From Candidatus Omnitrophota bacterium (lineage in GTDB: Bacteria > Omnitrophota > Omnitrophia > Omnitrophales > JACQQS01), in assembly GCA_016206925.1 (NCBI GenBank), contig JACQQS010000052.1:208-64207 (forward strand): 64,000 bases of DNA. The letters run 5' to 3'. The translations under genes were made by a program, and so were the position numbers. Each line of letters starts with the position of its first letter. The stretch's first letter is position 1. Under the pieces are notes generated by a model. It did no database searches, was not told the origin of the DNA, and saw only the letters and a list, made by a program, of their open reading frames with translations. Shown here piece after piece: positions 52,511 to 62,119 of this stretch.

Positions 52511-54871
52511 GTGGTCATGATATGTTTCCTGTATGATCTCGTATTCCTTTTCTTCGCCCTCCTAGCTTTTCCGCGTTTTGTTTTTCGATTACGTCAGGCC
52601 AAAGATCCTTTCTGCCTTTTGAGAGAACGATGGGGATTTCTTTCTGATGAAGTTTGCGCGAAACTTGACGGCCGCGCGGTCGTGTGGGTTCACGCAGTGA
52701 GCGTTGGCGAAGTGCTAGGCGTGAAACGGCTGCTCGAGCGTGCCATGGAAAAATTCCCGCAGTTTCAATTTGTTTTGTCCGTAACCACACCGACAGGCTA
52801 TTCCATTGCCCAGGAAAAGGTAATGGGCGTGCCTCTCTTTTATGCGCCCTTTGACATCAGCTGGGCGACCCGTAGGGTTCTCCACAAACTGAATCCACGG
52901 ACACTGCTTTTGATGGAGACAGAGATTTGGCCCAATTTGATTTTGGCCTGTGCCGACCGCGGTGTAAAAATAGGGCTGATTAACGGGCGCCTTTCGCCGA
53001 AGTCGTTTAGAAGATATTTTTCGATTCGCGCGCTGCTTCGGCCATTGCTCGAATTAATTTCGTTTTTTGCGGTGCAAACGGAACAGGACCGGGAGAGATT
53101 TCAGGCACTTGGTGCTCAGAGTGAACGTGTATTTTTGACGGGGAATCTTAAGTTTGACGACGTGACGGAAGAGATTGCCGTGAATCCGGCGGCTTTGCGC
53201 GAAAAACTGAATATTCCGCAAGATGCCCGGATATTTTTGGCCGGCAGTACGCATCCCGGTGAGGAGGAATTTTTGCTCGATGTTCAGACCGAGCTTCTCA
53301 GGAAACATTCCCGTTTGTTTTTGATTCTAGCTCCCCGCCATGCGGAACGCGCGGACTGCGTCCTATCACTTACTAAACGAGCCAACTTGGGGGCAGGACT
53401 TTTTTCAAAACCGGTAACGGGAAAACAAGTGCTCGTCGTCGATGTCATGGGAAAACTCCGGGAGCTTTACGCGATAGCGGATGTTGTGTTCATGGGCGGG
53501 AGTTTGATAAGGCACGGCGGGCAAAACCCCGTCGAAGCAATTCGGTTTGCGCGCGGAGTCATTTCCGGCCCGTTTGTTTTTAATTTCCAGCAGATTTTTG
53601 ATATTTTGCGGGAGAATGGCGCAGCCCAGATCGTGCACAGCCGTGAGGAATTGATTCGTGCAGCGGATGAACTTTTGTCCGATGCGGTGAAGAGAAGGGA
53701 GATGGGGGAAAAGGCAAGACAGGTTGTGTTGAACTTGAGGGGCGCTACGGAAAAGCACTTGAAACTTTTTGAGTTACATTTGAACTTGCCTTTGAACCGG
53801 CCGGCCGAGCGGGAGGAAGGGGCAACAAACATTTGCAGGAATTTGGAGAAACTTTACCTGCGTATTTTGAGCGGCGATACCGCAGGACCGGTTGGCGCAA
53901 TATTCGGCGCAATTCTAGCTCTTCTGAGTTATCTGTATACGGCCGTTGTCCTTGCCATCCGCAGGCTCTATGGCAAGCAAATTCTAAAGGTAAAAAGATT
54001 ATCGATATCCGTTGTCAGCGTAGGCAATTTGACATGGGGCGGGACGGGAAAGACTCCGCTCGTGGATTACGTTGCCGAACATATTGAATCGGCCGGAAAG
54101 CGGGTCTTTATCCTGACACGCGGTTATGGGAGTGATGAAATAAAAGAGCTGGCGCGGGGCCATCCGGCTGCAAAGGTGGTTGTGGGAAAGGACCGCTATG
54201 CAGCGGCGAGAAAAGCACTTGAAAATTCCAAAGCTGATATTGCGATTCTAGACGATGGTTTCCAGCATTGGCGGCTCTTTCGGGATTTGGATATTGTTGC
54301 TGTCAATGCGCTAAATCCGTTCGGAAACGGAAATGTAATTCCCGCAGGCATTCTCCGGGAACCGGTTTCTGCCGTCCGCTATGCGGATTTTGTGGTCATC
54401 ACACATACGAATCTGGTCGAGAGAACGGTTCTTGACCAGTTAGTCGGCCGCCTTCGACGTAACGGCATTAGAGACGAGCAGATCGCAGAATCCGTCCATG
54501 AGCCTCAATATTTGTATCGTGCCAGCAGCGGAAAACGTGTTTTACCCGGAGAATTGGGCTCGAAACAGGCGCTGGCGTTTTCGGGAATCGGTCATCCAGC
54601 TTCCTTTGAAAGCACGCTGAAAGGCGCGGGGGTTAAGCTCAGCCGGTCGATTCGCTTTCAAGACCATCACAGCTATTCCGGAGATGAGCTTCGGAGCATT
54701 AAATCAGAGGCATTGGCGGTTGACGAATTAATCACAACGGAGAAAGATTTCCTGCGCTCGCCGGAATTGATGATCGACATCATAGATCCGCTGGTACTTA
54801 AGATACGCATACGTATTACGAAGGGAGAAAAGGTTTTGCATGCGCGACTCGATAGCATATTACGCCGTTAA
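52511..54871 (+). CDS. waaA-lpxK: fusion protein: Kdo transferase (WaaA/KdtA) N-terminal half plus tetraacyldisaccharide 4'-kinase (LpxK) C-terminal half
   Basis: 786 aa in a single frame. The WaaA motif is VWVHAVSVGEVLGVKRLL..VTTPTGY. The LpxK part starts near aa 440, with the P-loop SVGNLTWGGTGKTPLV and the motif ILDDGFQH. Confidence 0.85.
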   Translation: MVMICFLYDLVFLFFALLAFPRFVFRLRQAKDPFCLLRERWGFLSDEVCAKLDGRAVVWVHAVSVGEVLGVKRLLERAMEKFPQFQFVLSVTTPTGYSIAQEKVMGVPLFYAPFDISWATRRVLHKLNPRTLLLMETEIWPNLILACADRGVKIGLINGRLSPKSFRRYFSIRALLRPLLELISFFAVQTEQDRERFQALGAQSERVFLTGNLKFDDVTEEIAVNPAALREKLNIPQDARIFLAGSTHPGEEEFLLDVQTELLRKHSRLFLILAPRHAERADCVLSLTKRANLGAGLFSKPVTGKQVLVVDVMGKLRELYAIADVVFMGGSLIRHGGQNPVEAIRFARGVISGPFVFNFQQIFDILRENGAAQIVHSREELIRAADELLSDAVKRREMGEKARQVVLNLRGATEKHLKLFELHLNLPLNRPAEREEGATNICRNLEKLYLRILSGDTAGPVGAIFGAILALLSYLYTAVVLAIRRLYGKQILKVKRLSISVVSVGNLTWGGTGKTPLVDYVAEHIESAGKRVFILTRGYGSDEIKELARGHPAAKVVVGKDRYAAARKALENSKADIAILDDGFQHWRLFRDLDIVAVNALNPFGNGNVIPAGILREPVSAVRYADFVVITHTNLVERTVLDQLVGRLRRNGIRDEQIAESVHEPQYLYRASSGKRVLPGELGSKQALAFSGIGHPASFESTLKGAGVKLSRSIRFQDHHSYSGDELRSIKSEALAVDELITTEKDFLRSPELMIDIIDPLVLKIRIRITKGEKVLHARLDSILRR

Positions 54872-56783
54872 AATACTGGGCTGGATCGTTGTGCGGCTCC
54901 CGGAGTCTGCGGCGCAACTTGCGGCGGAGGCCTTTGCCCGCCTTTATTTTTTTCTGGATCCGAGGAAAAGATTCCCGTATCAGAATTTAAAAGCGGCTTT
55001 TGGCCCGGAGAAATCCGGCAGGGAAATCCGTCGCATCGCTTGTCAAAGTTATATGAGTCTGGCGAGGACTTTTGTGGAAGTCCTGCGGTTTCCTCTGCTC
55101 GGCGAGCATTTTGTCCGCAGCCGTGTTGTAGATCAGAAACCCCGGCGGCTCGAAGAATTGCTGGCTCCGCGCAAAGGCAAAGGCGCCGTCTATGTAACTG
55201 GGCATCTCGGCAATTGGGAGCTTTCGCAATTTGTTTCCAACCTGAGAGGTTTTCCTTTAAAAGTGATTGCCCGCCCGCAGCCGTTTGTTAAATTGGACGA
55301 ACTTTTAAACTCGTACCGGTCAGTAGCCGGTACGGGAACCATTCAGCGCGGTATGGGGATTCGAGATGCATTTCGCGCATTGAAGGACGGCGAAATTCTG
55401 GGTTTTGTACAGGACCAGGCGGGAGGAGCGGACGGAACTTACGTTCGATTTTTCGGAAGGCTGACCAGTTTTCCATTGGGCGCTTTTAAAATGGCGCGCG
55501 ATGCGGGCGTTCCGGCTTTCCCGGCGTTTGTCGTTAGAGTCAACGACCATAAGCACATGATCGTCATTGAAGATGCGAGAGTCTCCTCGGGGGAAAATAA
55601 GCAACAGGCTGCACGCAAAGACCTCGAGCATTTTGTAACCATTCTTGAACGGTATATCCGTGAATATCCGGAGCAATGGCTTTGGATGCACAGGCGCTGG
55701 AAGCATACGAAAACAAAGTTTATCGCGGTGCTTTTGGATGAGAAAGCAGGCCACTCGACCCAGTCGGGAGCCGTTCTGAATCTGGTTAAAAAAACGTACC
55801 GCAATCAAGACCCCGAAACGGAGATTTTGGAAAACAAAATTCTCGTTCGGTACAAGAGCCTGTTTCACCGCTGGGCGGCCCATGTCCTGACGTTTCTCCT
55901 GCTCCCCTGGCTTCAGGGGCGCCTCGGGCTTATCACATGGACTCTTGAGCGGAACTCGGCGCGGGCGATCGAAACCACTTATGCCGATATCGTCATCTCA
56001 GCCGGCTCTGCCAATCTCCCGATTCATGCAGCGTACGCGAAGGAAAATCGCGCCAAGAAAATCGTGGTTATGAAGCCTTCGTTCCCTTATTCGTTGCTTC
56101 GCTATGAGGTGGCCATCATCCCGGAACATGACCGCCCGAGCGCTGTGCGAGAATCCTTTTATATCGATCTCGCGCCGAATCTGGTCGACGGAACGTTACT
56201 TGAAGAAGCTGGCCGGAAACTTCGGGAGGGGCAAAACTTGCCCGACGGGCACTACATTGCGCTTTTGCTTGGCGGCGATACGAAAAGTTATGAGCTGGAT
56301 TTATTGAAATTGGATTTTATTTTCAGGGAGATTAACCACGCGGCGGAACGCTTCGGCGCCAAACTACTGGTAACGACTTCCAGGCGCACACCGGACCGCG
56401 TGGAAAAACTTGTCAGGGAGCACTTCGCTTCCAGTACGCTATGCCGGCTCTTGATTATTGCCAACGAAAGAAACATTGATGGTGCTGTCTATGGCATGAT
56501 GAGTTTAGCAGAGGCCATCGTAGTTACCGAGGACAGCATATCCATGATTTCAGAAAGTATTCAATCCGGAAAGCCGGTACTGGTTCTGCAGGCGGGAAGG
56601 ACGCATTTGCGCTCCAAGTACGAACGTTTTCAGCAGATTCTCCGGTTAAGAAATTATGCCGCTCTGGTTACCGCGACAGAGATGGCCCATGAGCTTTCCT
56701 CCATTTTGGAGCACCAGCGTGCGCTCCACCCCTGCGCAGATCGGGACCGGCTGACGCGTCAGCTTGCGGGTGTCCTCCTATGA
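54840..56783 (+). CDS. fusion protein: lipid A late acyltransferase-like (LpxL/HtrB family) plus an ELM1/DUF1022-like C-terminal domain
   Basis: 647 aa. Acyltransferase motif GHLGNWELSQ...VQDQAGG. The C-terminal half (FIAVLLDEKAGHSTQSGAV..., LLGGDTKSY, LLVTTSRRTP) resembles ELM1/DUF1022. Confidence 0.7.
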   Translation: MRDSIAYYAVKILGWIVVRLPESAAQLAAEAFARLYFFLDPRKRFPYQNLKAAFGPEKSGREIRRIACQSYMSLARTFVEVLRFPLLGEHFVRSRVVDQKPRRLEELLAPRKGKGAVYVTGHLGNWELSQFVSNLRGFPLKVIARPQPFVKLDELLNSYRSVAGTGTIQRGMGIRDAFRALKDGEILGFVQDQAGGADGTYVRFFGRLTSFPLGAFKMARDAGVPAFPAFVVRVNDHKHMIVIEDARVSSGENKQQAARKDLEHFVTILERYIREYPEQWLWMHRRWKHTKTKFIAVLLDEKAGHSTQSGAVLNLVKKTYRNQDPETEILENKILVRYKSLFHRWAAHVLTFLLLPWLQGRLGLITWTLERNSARAIETTYADIVISAGSANLPIHAAYAKENRAKKIVVMKPSFPYSLLRYEVAIIPEHDRPSAVRESFYIDLAPNLVDGTLLEEAGRKLREGQNLPDGHYIALLLGGDTKSYELDLLKLDFIFREINHAAERFGAKLLVTTSRRTPDRVEKLVREHFASSTLCRLLIIANERNIDGAVYGMMSLAEAIVVTEDSISMISESIQSGKPVLVLQAGRTHLRSKYERFQQILRLRNYAALVTATEMAHELSSILEHQRALHPCADRDRLTRQLAGVLL

Positions 56784-59002
56784 GAGTTCTTCAAATACTT
56801 CCCGCCATGCATGTAGGCGGCGTGGAGACCGGTACGCTTGATTTGGCGCGGGAACTGGTTAAGCGCGGGCATCAGGCCTATGTGGTTTCTACAGGTGGAT
56901 CCCTCGTGCCCGAATTGATCAAAGCAGGCGTGCATCATATCACGCTTCCGGTCAAGAAGAAGTCGCTTTGGTCCTTCCGGAGTGTTCCGGCCATCCGCCG
57001 TTTGATACAGAGAGAGAGCATTGATATTGTACATGCCCGAAGCCGTGTGCCCGCTCTGATTGCCTGCTTGGCCGTGCGTGGAACGCGCGCGACGTTTGTC
57101 ACCACCTGCCACGGTTTTTATTCCGACCACGCATTCAGCCGGGTCATGGGATGGGGCCGCCGTGTTATCGTGACGTCCAATGTGATTGGGCGCAGGATGA
57201 TGGATACGTTTGGTGTAGACCCCTCGCGTACCGCCATGGTTCATCGGGGAGTAGATCTTTCGCGTTTTACGTTTGACCAGAAAAAGTACGGCGCGGTAAA
57301 TAACGGTAAGTTTGTCATCGCCTGTGTCGGCCGTCTAAGCCCTATTAAAGGCATTGAAGACTTGATTAAAGCGCTATCCCTGCTCAACCGGAAGATGGGC
57401 AACGCTGAACTTTGGATCGTCGGAGAGGAAGAAAAAGATAAAAAACCTTATACGGAAAAATTGCGGGAGTTGACCCACCGTTTGGGACTCGAGAGTTCCG
57501 TGAAATTCTTGGGACACCGCCGTGATATTTCAGAAGTTCTCCGGGAAGTCCATCTTCTGGTCATGCCGAGCCGGGTGCCCGAATCATTCGGCCGCGTGCT
57601 TGTTGAGGCTGGTGCAACGGGGACAGCGGCAATTGCAACACGACTCGGAGGAGCACTTGATATTATCGAAGATGGCATTAACGGTTTGCTGGTTCCCCCG
57701 GCGGATGCCGTACAACTATCGGAGGCGATGGAGCGCGTGCTTCGAGACCGCGAACTGGCCAAGCGGTTTGGAGAAAGTCTTCGCGCCAAGGTTGAAAGAG
57801 TTTTTTCACTCGAAAAGATGGTTGACGGAACGCTTCGTGTTTATCAGGAAGCCTTGGAGGACCAAAGGATTCTGATCGTTAAGATCGGTGCTTTGGGAGA
57901 CATCGTGCTGGCGACCCCGAGCCTCAGGATGGTGCGAAAACGTTATCCTTCCGCACATATCGCTCTTTTGGCCGATCGGAAATTTTACAAGATCATCGGA
58001 TCGTGTCCTTATATGAATGAGATTATCCTGGTCGATCGCGACAAGTCCTGGAAAACTCTGGCCGGGTTCCTCCAGCTTTCCCGCCGGTTGAAAAAGTCTG
58101 GTTTCGATATTTCCATAGACCTTCAAAATACCGCCAAGACCCATCTGCTTTGCGCCCTGGCGGGAATTCGTACGCGGGTGGGATATCGGAGAATCTGGAC
58201 GGGCCGTTTTCTCACGCACGGCGCCGGCCGTTTTCGGGATGTTTTGCCGCCGATTGCGCATCAATTTCGCGTATTGCAACTAGTAAACATCCACGATTTT
58301 GATGACACGCTGAATTTGTGGCCTTCCGAGGAGGCTTCGGCATCCGTGGAAACCAAGCTGGATTCCGAGTGGGTAAACCCCAGTCAGCGATTGGCCGGAT
58401 TTGTGCTGGGCGCCAGTAATCGATGGGCGACAAAGCAGTGGCCATTATCCAAATTTGCCGAGCTTGCCGGCCGTTTATCCGCCGAGATGGGCGTGCGTGT
58501 TGTTTTGGTGGGCTCGGCAACGGACCGTTATTTAGCTGAGGAGTTTAAAAAACAAAGTCCCGTACCCGTGGTTGATATGGTTGCCCATACGGATTTGGAT
58601 GAACTGACCGCGCTTATTCAGAAGCTTGATGTGCTGATTACGGGAGACAGCGCGCCCATGCATATTGCAGCCGCCGTCAAGACGCCCCTGATCGCTTTGT
58701 TCGGCCCAACAAATCCCAAGCGACATGTGCCGCCCGGAACAGGGCATACGGTCATGTATAAGCAGGTTGCATGCTCTCCCTGTTACCGCACGACATGCCA
58801 GGTGGGTCATATTTGCATGAAAAATATTACGGTTGAGGAAGTATTCAGAGCAGTTGAAAGCCGGCTTCGCGGCCCGTTAAGCACAGGTCGTTTTCAATAT
58901 TCGTCATCCCCGAATGTTTTTACAGCGAAGCAGTCCTTTAGGATCGGGGATCTAAAACCACCATCTGATTCCCGCTTTCGCGGGAATGACGAGTTCACAT
59001 GA
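56780..59002 (+). CDS. fusion protein: GT4 glycosyltransferase plus GT9 (heptosyltransferase-family) domain
   Basis: 740 aa. GT4: MRVLQILPAMHVGGVETG...ESFGRVLVEAGATGTAAIAT. GT9 starts at about aa 358: RILIVKIGALGDIVLATPSL...GDSAPMHIAAA. The last 33 codons are encoded by repeat element copy 2. Confidence 0.8.
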   Translation: MRVLQILPAMHVGGVETGTLDLARELVKRGHQAYVVSTGGSLVPELIKAGVHHITLPVKKKSLWSFRSVPAIRRLIQRESIDIVHARSRVPALIACLAVRGTRATFVTTCHGFYSDHAFSRVMGWGRRVIVTSNVIGRRMMDTFGVDPSRTAMVHRGVDLSRFTFDQKKYGAVNNGKFVIACVGRLSPIKGIEDLIKALSLLNRKMGNAELWIVGEEEKDKKPYTEKLRELTHRLGLESSVKFLGHRRDISEVLREVHLLVMPSRVPESFGRVLVEAGATGTAAIATRLGGALDIIEDGINGLLVPPADAVQLSEAMERVLRDRELAKRFGESLRAKVERVFSLEKMVDGTLRVYQEALEDQRILIVKIGALGDIVLATPSLRMVRKRYPSAHIALLADRKFYKIIGSCPYMNEIILVDRDKSWKTLAGFLQLSRRLKKSGFDISIDLQNTAKTHLLCALAGIRTRVGYRRIWTGRFLTHGAGRFRDVLPPIAHQFRVLQLVNIHDFDDTLNLWPSEEASASVETKLDSEWVNPSQRLAGFVLGASNRWATKQWPLSKFAELAGRLSAEMGVRVVLVGSATDRYLAEEFKKQSPVPVVDMVAHTDLDELTALIQKLDVLITGDSAPMHIAAAVKTPLIALFGPTNPKRHVPPGTGHTVMYKQVACSPCYRTTCQVGHICMKNITVEEVFRAVESRLRGPLSTGRFQYSSSPNVFTAKQSFRIGDLKPPSDSRFRGNDEFT
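58902..58991 (+). repeat. nested-hairpin REP/MITE-like element, copy 2 (90 bp)
   Basis: It has the same termini as copy 1 (CGTCATCCCCG ... CGGGAATGACG). It shares the blocks GGGGATCT, GATTCCCGC, GCGGGAATGACGA and CCCCGAATGT. It lies inside the 3' end of the GT4-GT9 ORF. Confidence 0.7.
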
Positions 59003-60090
59003 AAGGCGGATTTTCAGGAATGCGAATTGCGTTTGTGACAAAGAACTGGCTCGGAGATATTTTGATGCAGACTCCGGCCATCCATGCGCTCCGTAAGAAT
59101 TTTCCGGATGCCGAAGTCATCGGATTTGTTCCCGAACGTTGCCGTGAGGTGCTTTTGAACAACCCAGACATCGACCGGCTGGTTTCCTTTCATGAAAGGG
59201 AAGATATGCGGGGCATCTTCAGTAAGCTCCGTTTCATCGCGGAAACGCGCCGGGAACGGATTGACCGCGCTTACCTTTTTCATCGCTCATTTACCCGGGC
59301 GCTGCTATTCACCTTGGCGGGTGCGAAGCGGAGAATCGGTTATGCCACCAAAGGCCGCGGCTGGCTTTTGACTGATCCGATTTGCGAGTTTCCGGCTCCG
59401 GTGCACCAGGTAGATTATTTTCTCCGGCTTTTGAAGGAATCGGGGCTGGATATTTCGAGCCATTTGGTTAGCACGAGGTTTTACCCTAATTCGGACGATT
59501 CCGCACATGCACGAGAATTGCTTCGCACAAACGGAATTCTTGGAAACGATTACATCATTATCCATGCCGGAGCCAACTGGGAGCCGAAGCGTTGGGATCC
59601 GAGAAAGTACGCCGAAATGGCCGACTATTTGTACAGCCGTTATCATGTCGACATCATTCTCACAGGTGGTGAGGCAGATGTTCCGCTCGCAAAATCCATT
59701 GCGTTCTCTGTCAAGCGAGCGCAAATTACCGATCTGACGGGCAAGACCCGTTTCGGTGTTTTGGGCGCTTTGTTTCAAACCGCGCAGCTTGTAGTTTCCG
59801 GGGATTCCGGCCCCATGCATTTGGCCGCAAGCGTCGGAGCGCCGCTTCTCGCGCTCTTCCTGGCTACAGATTCCGGATTAACCGGTCCCCGCGGCACCTC
59901 CCCTACCGTTATCGTCCAGAAGAAAGGCGCTGTGCGGCAGAAAGGGCTTTGCCAAAGCCTCCCGGCGTCCGTCTATGAAGTTGATGAACTGAATGTGAAT
60001 GAGGTTTTGAGAATAATTGAATCGGCCGGATTGTTGGAAATGGCCCATGCCGGACACCAGGATCGCAAGGCGAAGAGCATTCCATCATGA
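58999..60090 (+). CDS. GT9-family glycosyltransferase (heptosyltransferase-like) 2 of 5
   Basis: 363 aa. RIAFVTKNWLGDILMQTPAIHALRKNFP and GDSGPMHLAASVG. ATGA overlap with the upstream gene. Confidence 0.8.
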   Translation: MKGGFSGMRIAFVTKNWLGDILMQTPAIHALRKNFPDAEVIGFVPERCREVLLNNPDIDRLVSFHEREDMRGIFSKLRFIAETRRERIDRAYLFHRSFTRALLFTLAGAKRRIGYATKGRGWLLTDPICEFPAPVHQVDYFLRLLKESGLDISSHLVSTRFYPNSDDSAHARELLRTNGILGNDYIIIHAGANWEPKRWDPRKYAEMADYLYSRYHVDIILTGGEADVPLAKSIAFSVKRAQITDLTGKTRFGVLGALFQTAQLVVSGDSGPMHLAASVGAPLLALFLATDSGLTGPRGTSPTVIVQKKGAVRQKGLCQSLPASVYEVDELNVNEVLRIIESAGLLEMAHAGHQDRKAKSIPS

Positions 60091-61079
60091 ACATCATGGA
60101 TTCCAGGCGTATTCTGGTTGTTACGCTCAGCAATTTAGGCGATGTGATTTTGACTACGCCTGTATTTGCCGCGCTCAGGGAAACTTTTCCAGCCGCCGAA
60201 ATTTCCGCTTTTGTCGGTCCGAAAGCAGCGGATTTATTTCAAGATCATCCGTGGGTTTGCCATGTTTACGTATATGAAAAAAAGGCTTCTCTCCGCGAAA
60301 AACTGGATTTGATCATGCGTATCCGGAGGGAAAGTTTTGATCTTGTTGTGGATCTGCGGCATAGCCTGCTTTCGCTTTTTATTTCTCCCGGAAAGTCGAC
60401 TTCCATCTTCCGATGGCGCGGCGCTTCGAAAAAAGCGCATGCGGTGGACACGCACCTTTCCATTCTTGGCGAATTGGAAATACCGGCGGGTTTAAGGAAT
60501 CCCTTTCCGTTGTTTGGCCAAGAGCATCTGGAACGGGCAAGGGCATTGTTCCAAGCCAGGAAAATCAACTTGGATGAACCTTTCTTTGTCATAGTTCCCG
60601 GCGCGCGAAGTCATTTGAAACGCTGGCCGGCGAAACGGTTTAAGGCAGTAGCTCGCTTACTCAGGGAGCACAATCACGCACCCATTGTTCTTTTGGGTGA
60701 CAAGCAGGAGAGAACCGTTTGCAACGAAATTGGGGAGGATCTCGAAAATTTCGTTTTTAATTTATGCGGCGAGACGACCATCGGTGAATTTGCAGCCATC
60801 TTAGGTTCTGCCGGCCTGGTTGTGACCAACGATAGCGCGGCGCTGCATTTAGCGGATCTTCAAGACCGCCGTCTCGTAGCTATATTTGGCCCTACGGATG
60901 AAAAAAGATATGGACCGCGGAATCCCCGTGCACGCATTGTCAGAAAGGAATTATTCTGCTCGCCGTGCGGTCTGGCGCAATGCCCCTACAAGCACGAGTG
61001 CCTCGATCATCTTTCCGTGGAGGAAATCTTCCGGGCATGCGCGGATGTGCTGCAAGAAGATCGTCTGGTGACGCTATGA
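60087..61079 (+). CDS. GT9-family glycosyltransferase 3 of 5
   Basis: 330 aa. RILVVTLSNLGDVILTTPVFAALRETFP and NDSAALHLA. It overlaps the upstream stop by 4 nt. Confidence 0.8.
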   Translation: MNIMDSRRILVVTLSNLGDVILTTPVFAALRETFPAAEISAFVGPKAADLFQDHPWVCHVYVYEKKASLREKLDLIMRIRRESFDLVVDLRHSLLSLFISPGKSTSIFRWRGASKKAHAVDTHLSILGELEIPAGLRNPFPLFGQEHLERARALFQARKINLDEPFFVIVPGARSHLKRWPAKRFKAVARLLREHNHAPIVLLGDKQERTVCNEIGEDLENFVFNLCGETTIGEFAAILGSAGLVVTNDSAALHLADLQDRRLVAIFGPTDEKRYGPRNPRARIVRKELFCSPCGLAQCPYKHECLDHLSVEEIFRACADVLQEDRLVTL

Positions 61080-62119
61080 TTGAGCGCATTTTAATCACGC
61101 GAACGGATCGAATCGGGGACGTTGTTTTGTCCACGCCTGTTTTTTCTGCCCTGAGGAAGAGATATCCAAAAGCTTACATTGCGGCATTGATCGCTTCTTC
61201 CAACCGGCATCTTCTCGAAGGCAACCCGAACCTAGATGAAGTCATTCTCTATGACAAGGGGCGGCGTCACAAATCTTGGCTAAGCACTTGCCGATTTGCG
61301 CGCGCGCTCCGCACCCGGCGGTTTGATGTCGTGGTGAATCTACACGCGAATAACCGCGTTCATTGGATATCTTTCCTTGCCGGCATTCCCATGAGGATTG
61401 GTTACAGGAAGAGGAATGCATTTCTTTTAACGCACACGCTGCCTGATGAAAAGTGGAAGGGCCGGCGCCATGAGTCGGAATACAATTTTGACCTGCTCCG
61501 GTTTCTGGACATTCCTTTACCTTCACAGATGGATTTGCATTTGCCGCTTCAGCATTCAAGTTTAGAAAAGCTTCAAGCCGTTTTGGAGAATGAAAATTTT
61601 TCCTTGGATAAGCCTTATATTGTTATTCATCCGAGCGCCAGTTGTCCTTCCCGCCTTTGGCGGGCCGAGAGATATGCGAAGGTAGGGGATATTTTGAGCA
61701 AACAATGGGGCGTGCGTGTGATTCTGGTTGCAGGATCCGGCAGTGACTCCATTTTTACCGACCGCGTTCTTTCTTTCATGAGAAGCAATCCGCTCAATTT
61801 GGCCGGAAAACTTTCGCTGGGCATGCTGGCATGGCTTCTTAAGGAAAGCCGGCTGTTCATCTCCAATGATTCCGGGCCCATGCATATGGCGGCTGCGCTG
61901 AATGTTCATTTGGTGGCTATTTTTGGGCGGAACAAGCCCGGTCTTGGGCCCAAGCGCTGGAAGCCGTTAGGAATGAATAGCTCTTACATTCAAAAAGATG
62001 TGGGCTGCATCGAATGCGCTGCCCACAGGTGCAATCTGGGATTTCTCTGCCTGGATGAGGTGAAAGTAGAAGATGTTTTGAGGGAGATAGAGCGCCATGT
62101 TGAATGTTTTGCTTGTTAA
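61076..62119 (+). CDS. GT9-family glycosyltransferase 4 of 5
   Basis: 347 aa from the internal ATG (MIERILITRTDRIGDVVLSTPVFSALRKRYP). Motif NDSGPMHMAAA. ATGA overlap. Confidence 0.8.
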   Translation: MIERILITRTDRIGDVVLSTPVFSALRKRYPKAYIAALIASSNRHLLEGNPNLDEVILYDKGRRHKSWLSTCRFARALRTRRFDVVVNLHANNRVHWISFLAGIPMRIGYRKRNAFLLTHTLPDEKWKGRRHESEYNFDLLRFLDIPLPSQMDLHLPLQHSSLEKLQAVLENENFSLDKPYIVIHPSASCPSRLWRAERYAKVGDILSKQWGVRVILVAGSGSDSIFTDRVLSFMRSNPLNLAGKLSLGMLAWLLKESRLFISNDSGPMHMAAALNVHLVAIFGRNKPGLGPKRWKPLGMNSSYIQKDVGCIECAAHRCNLGFLCLDEVKVEDVLREIERHVECFAC

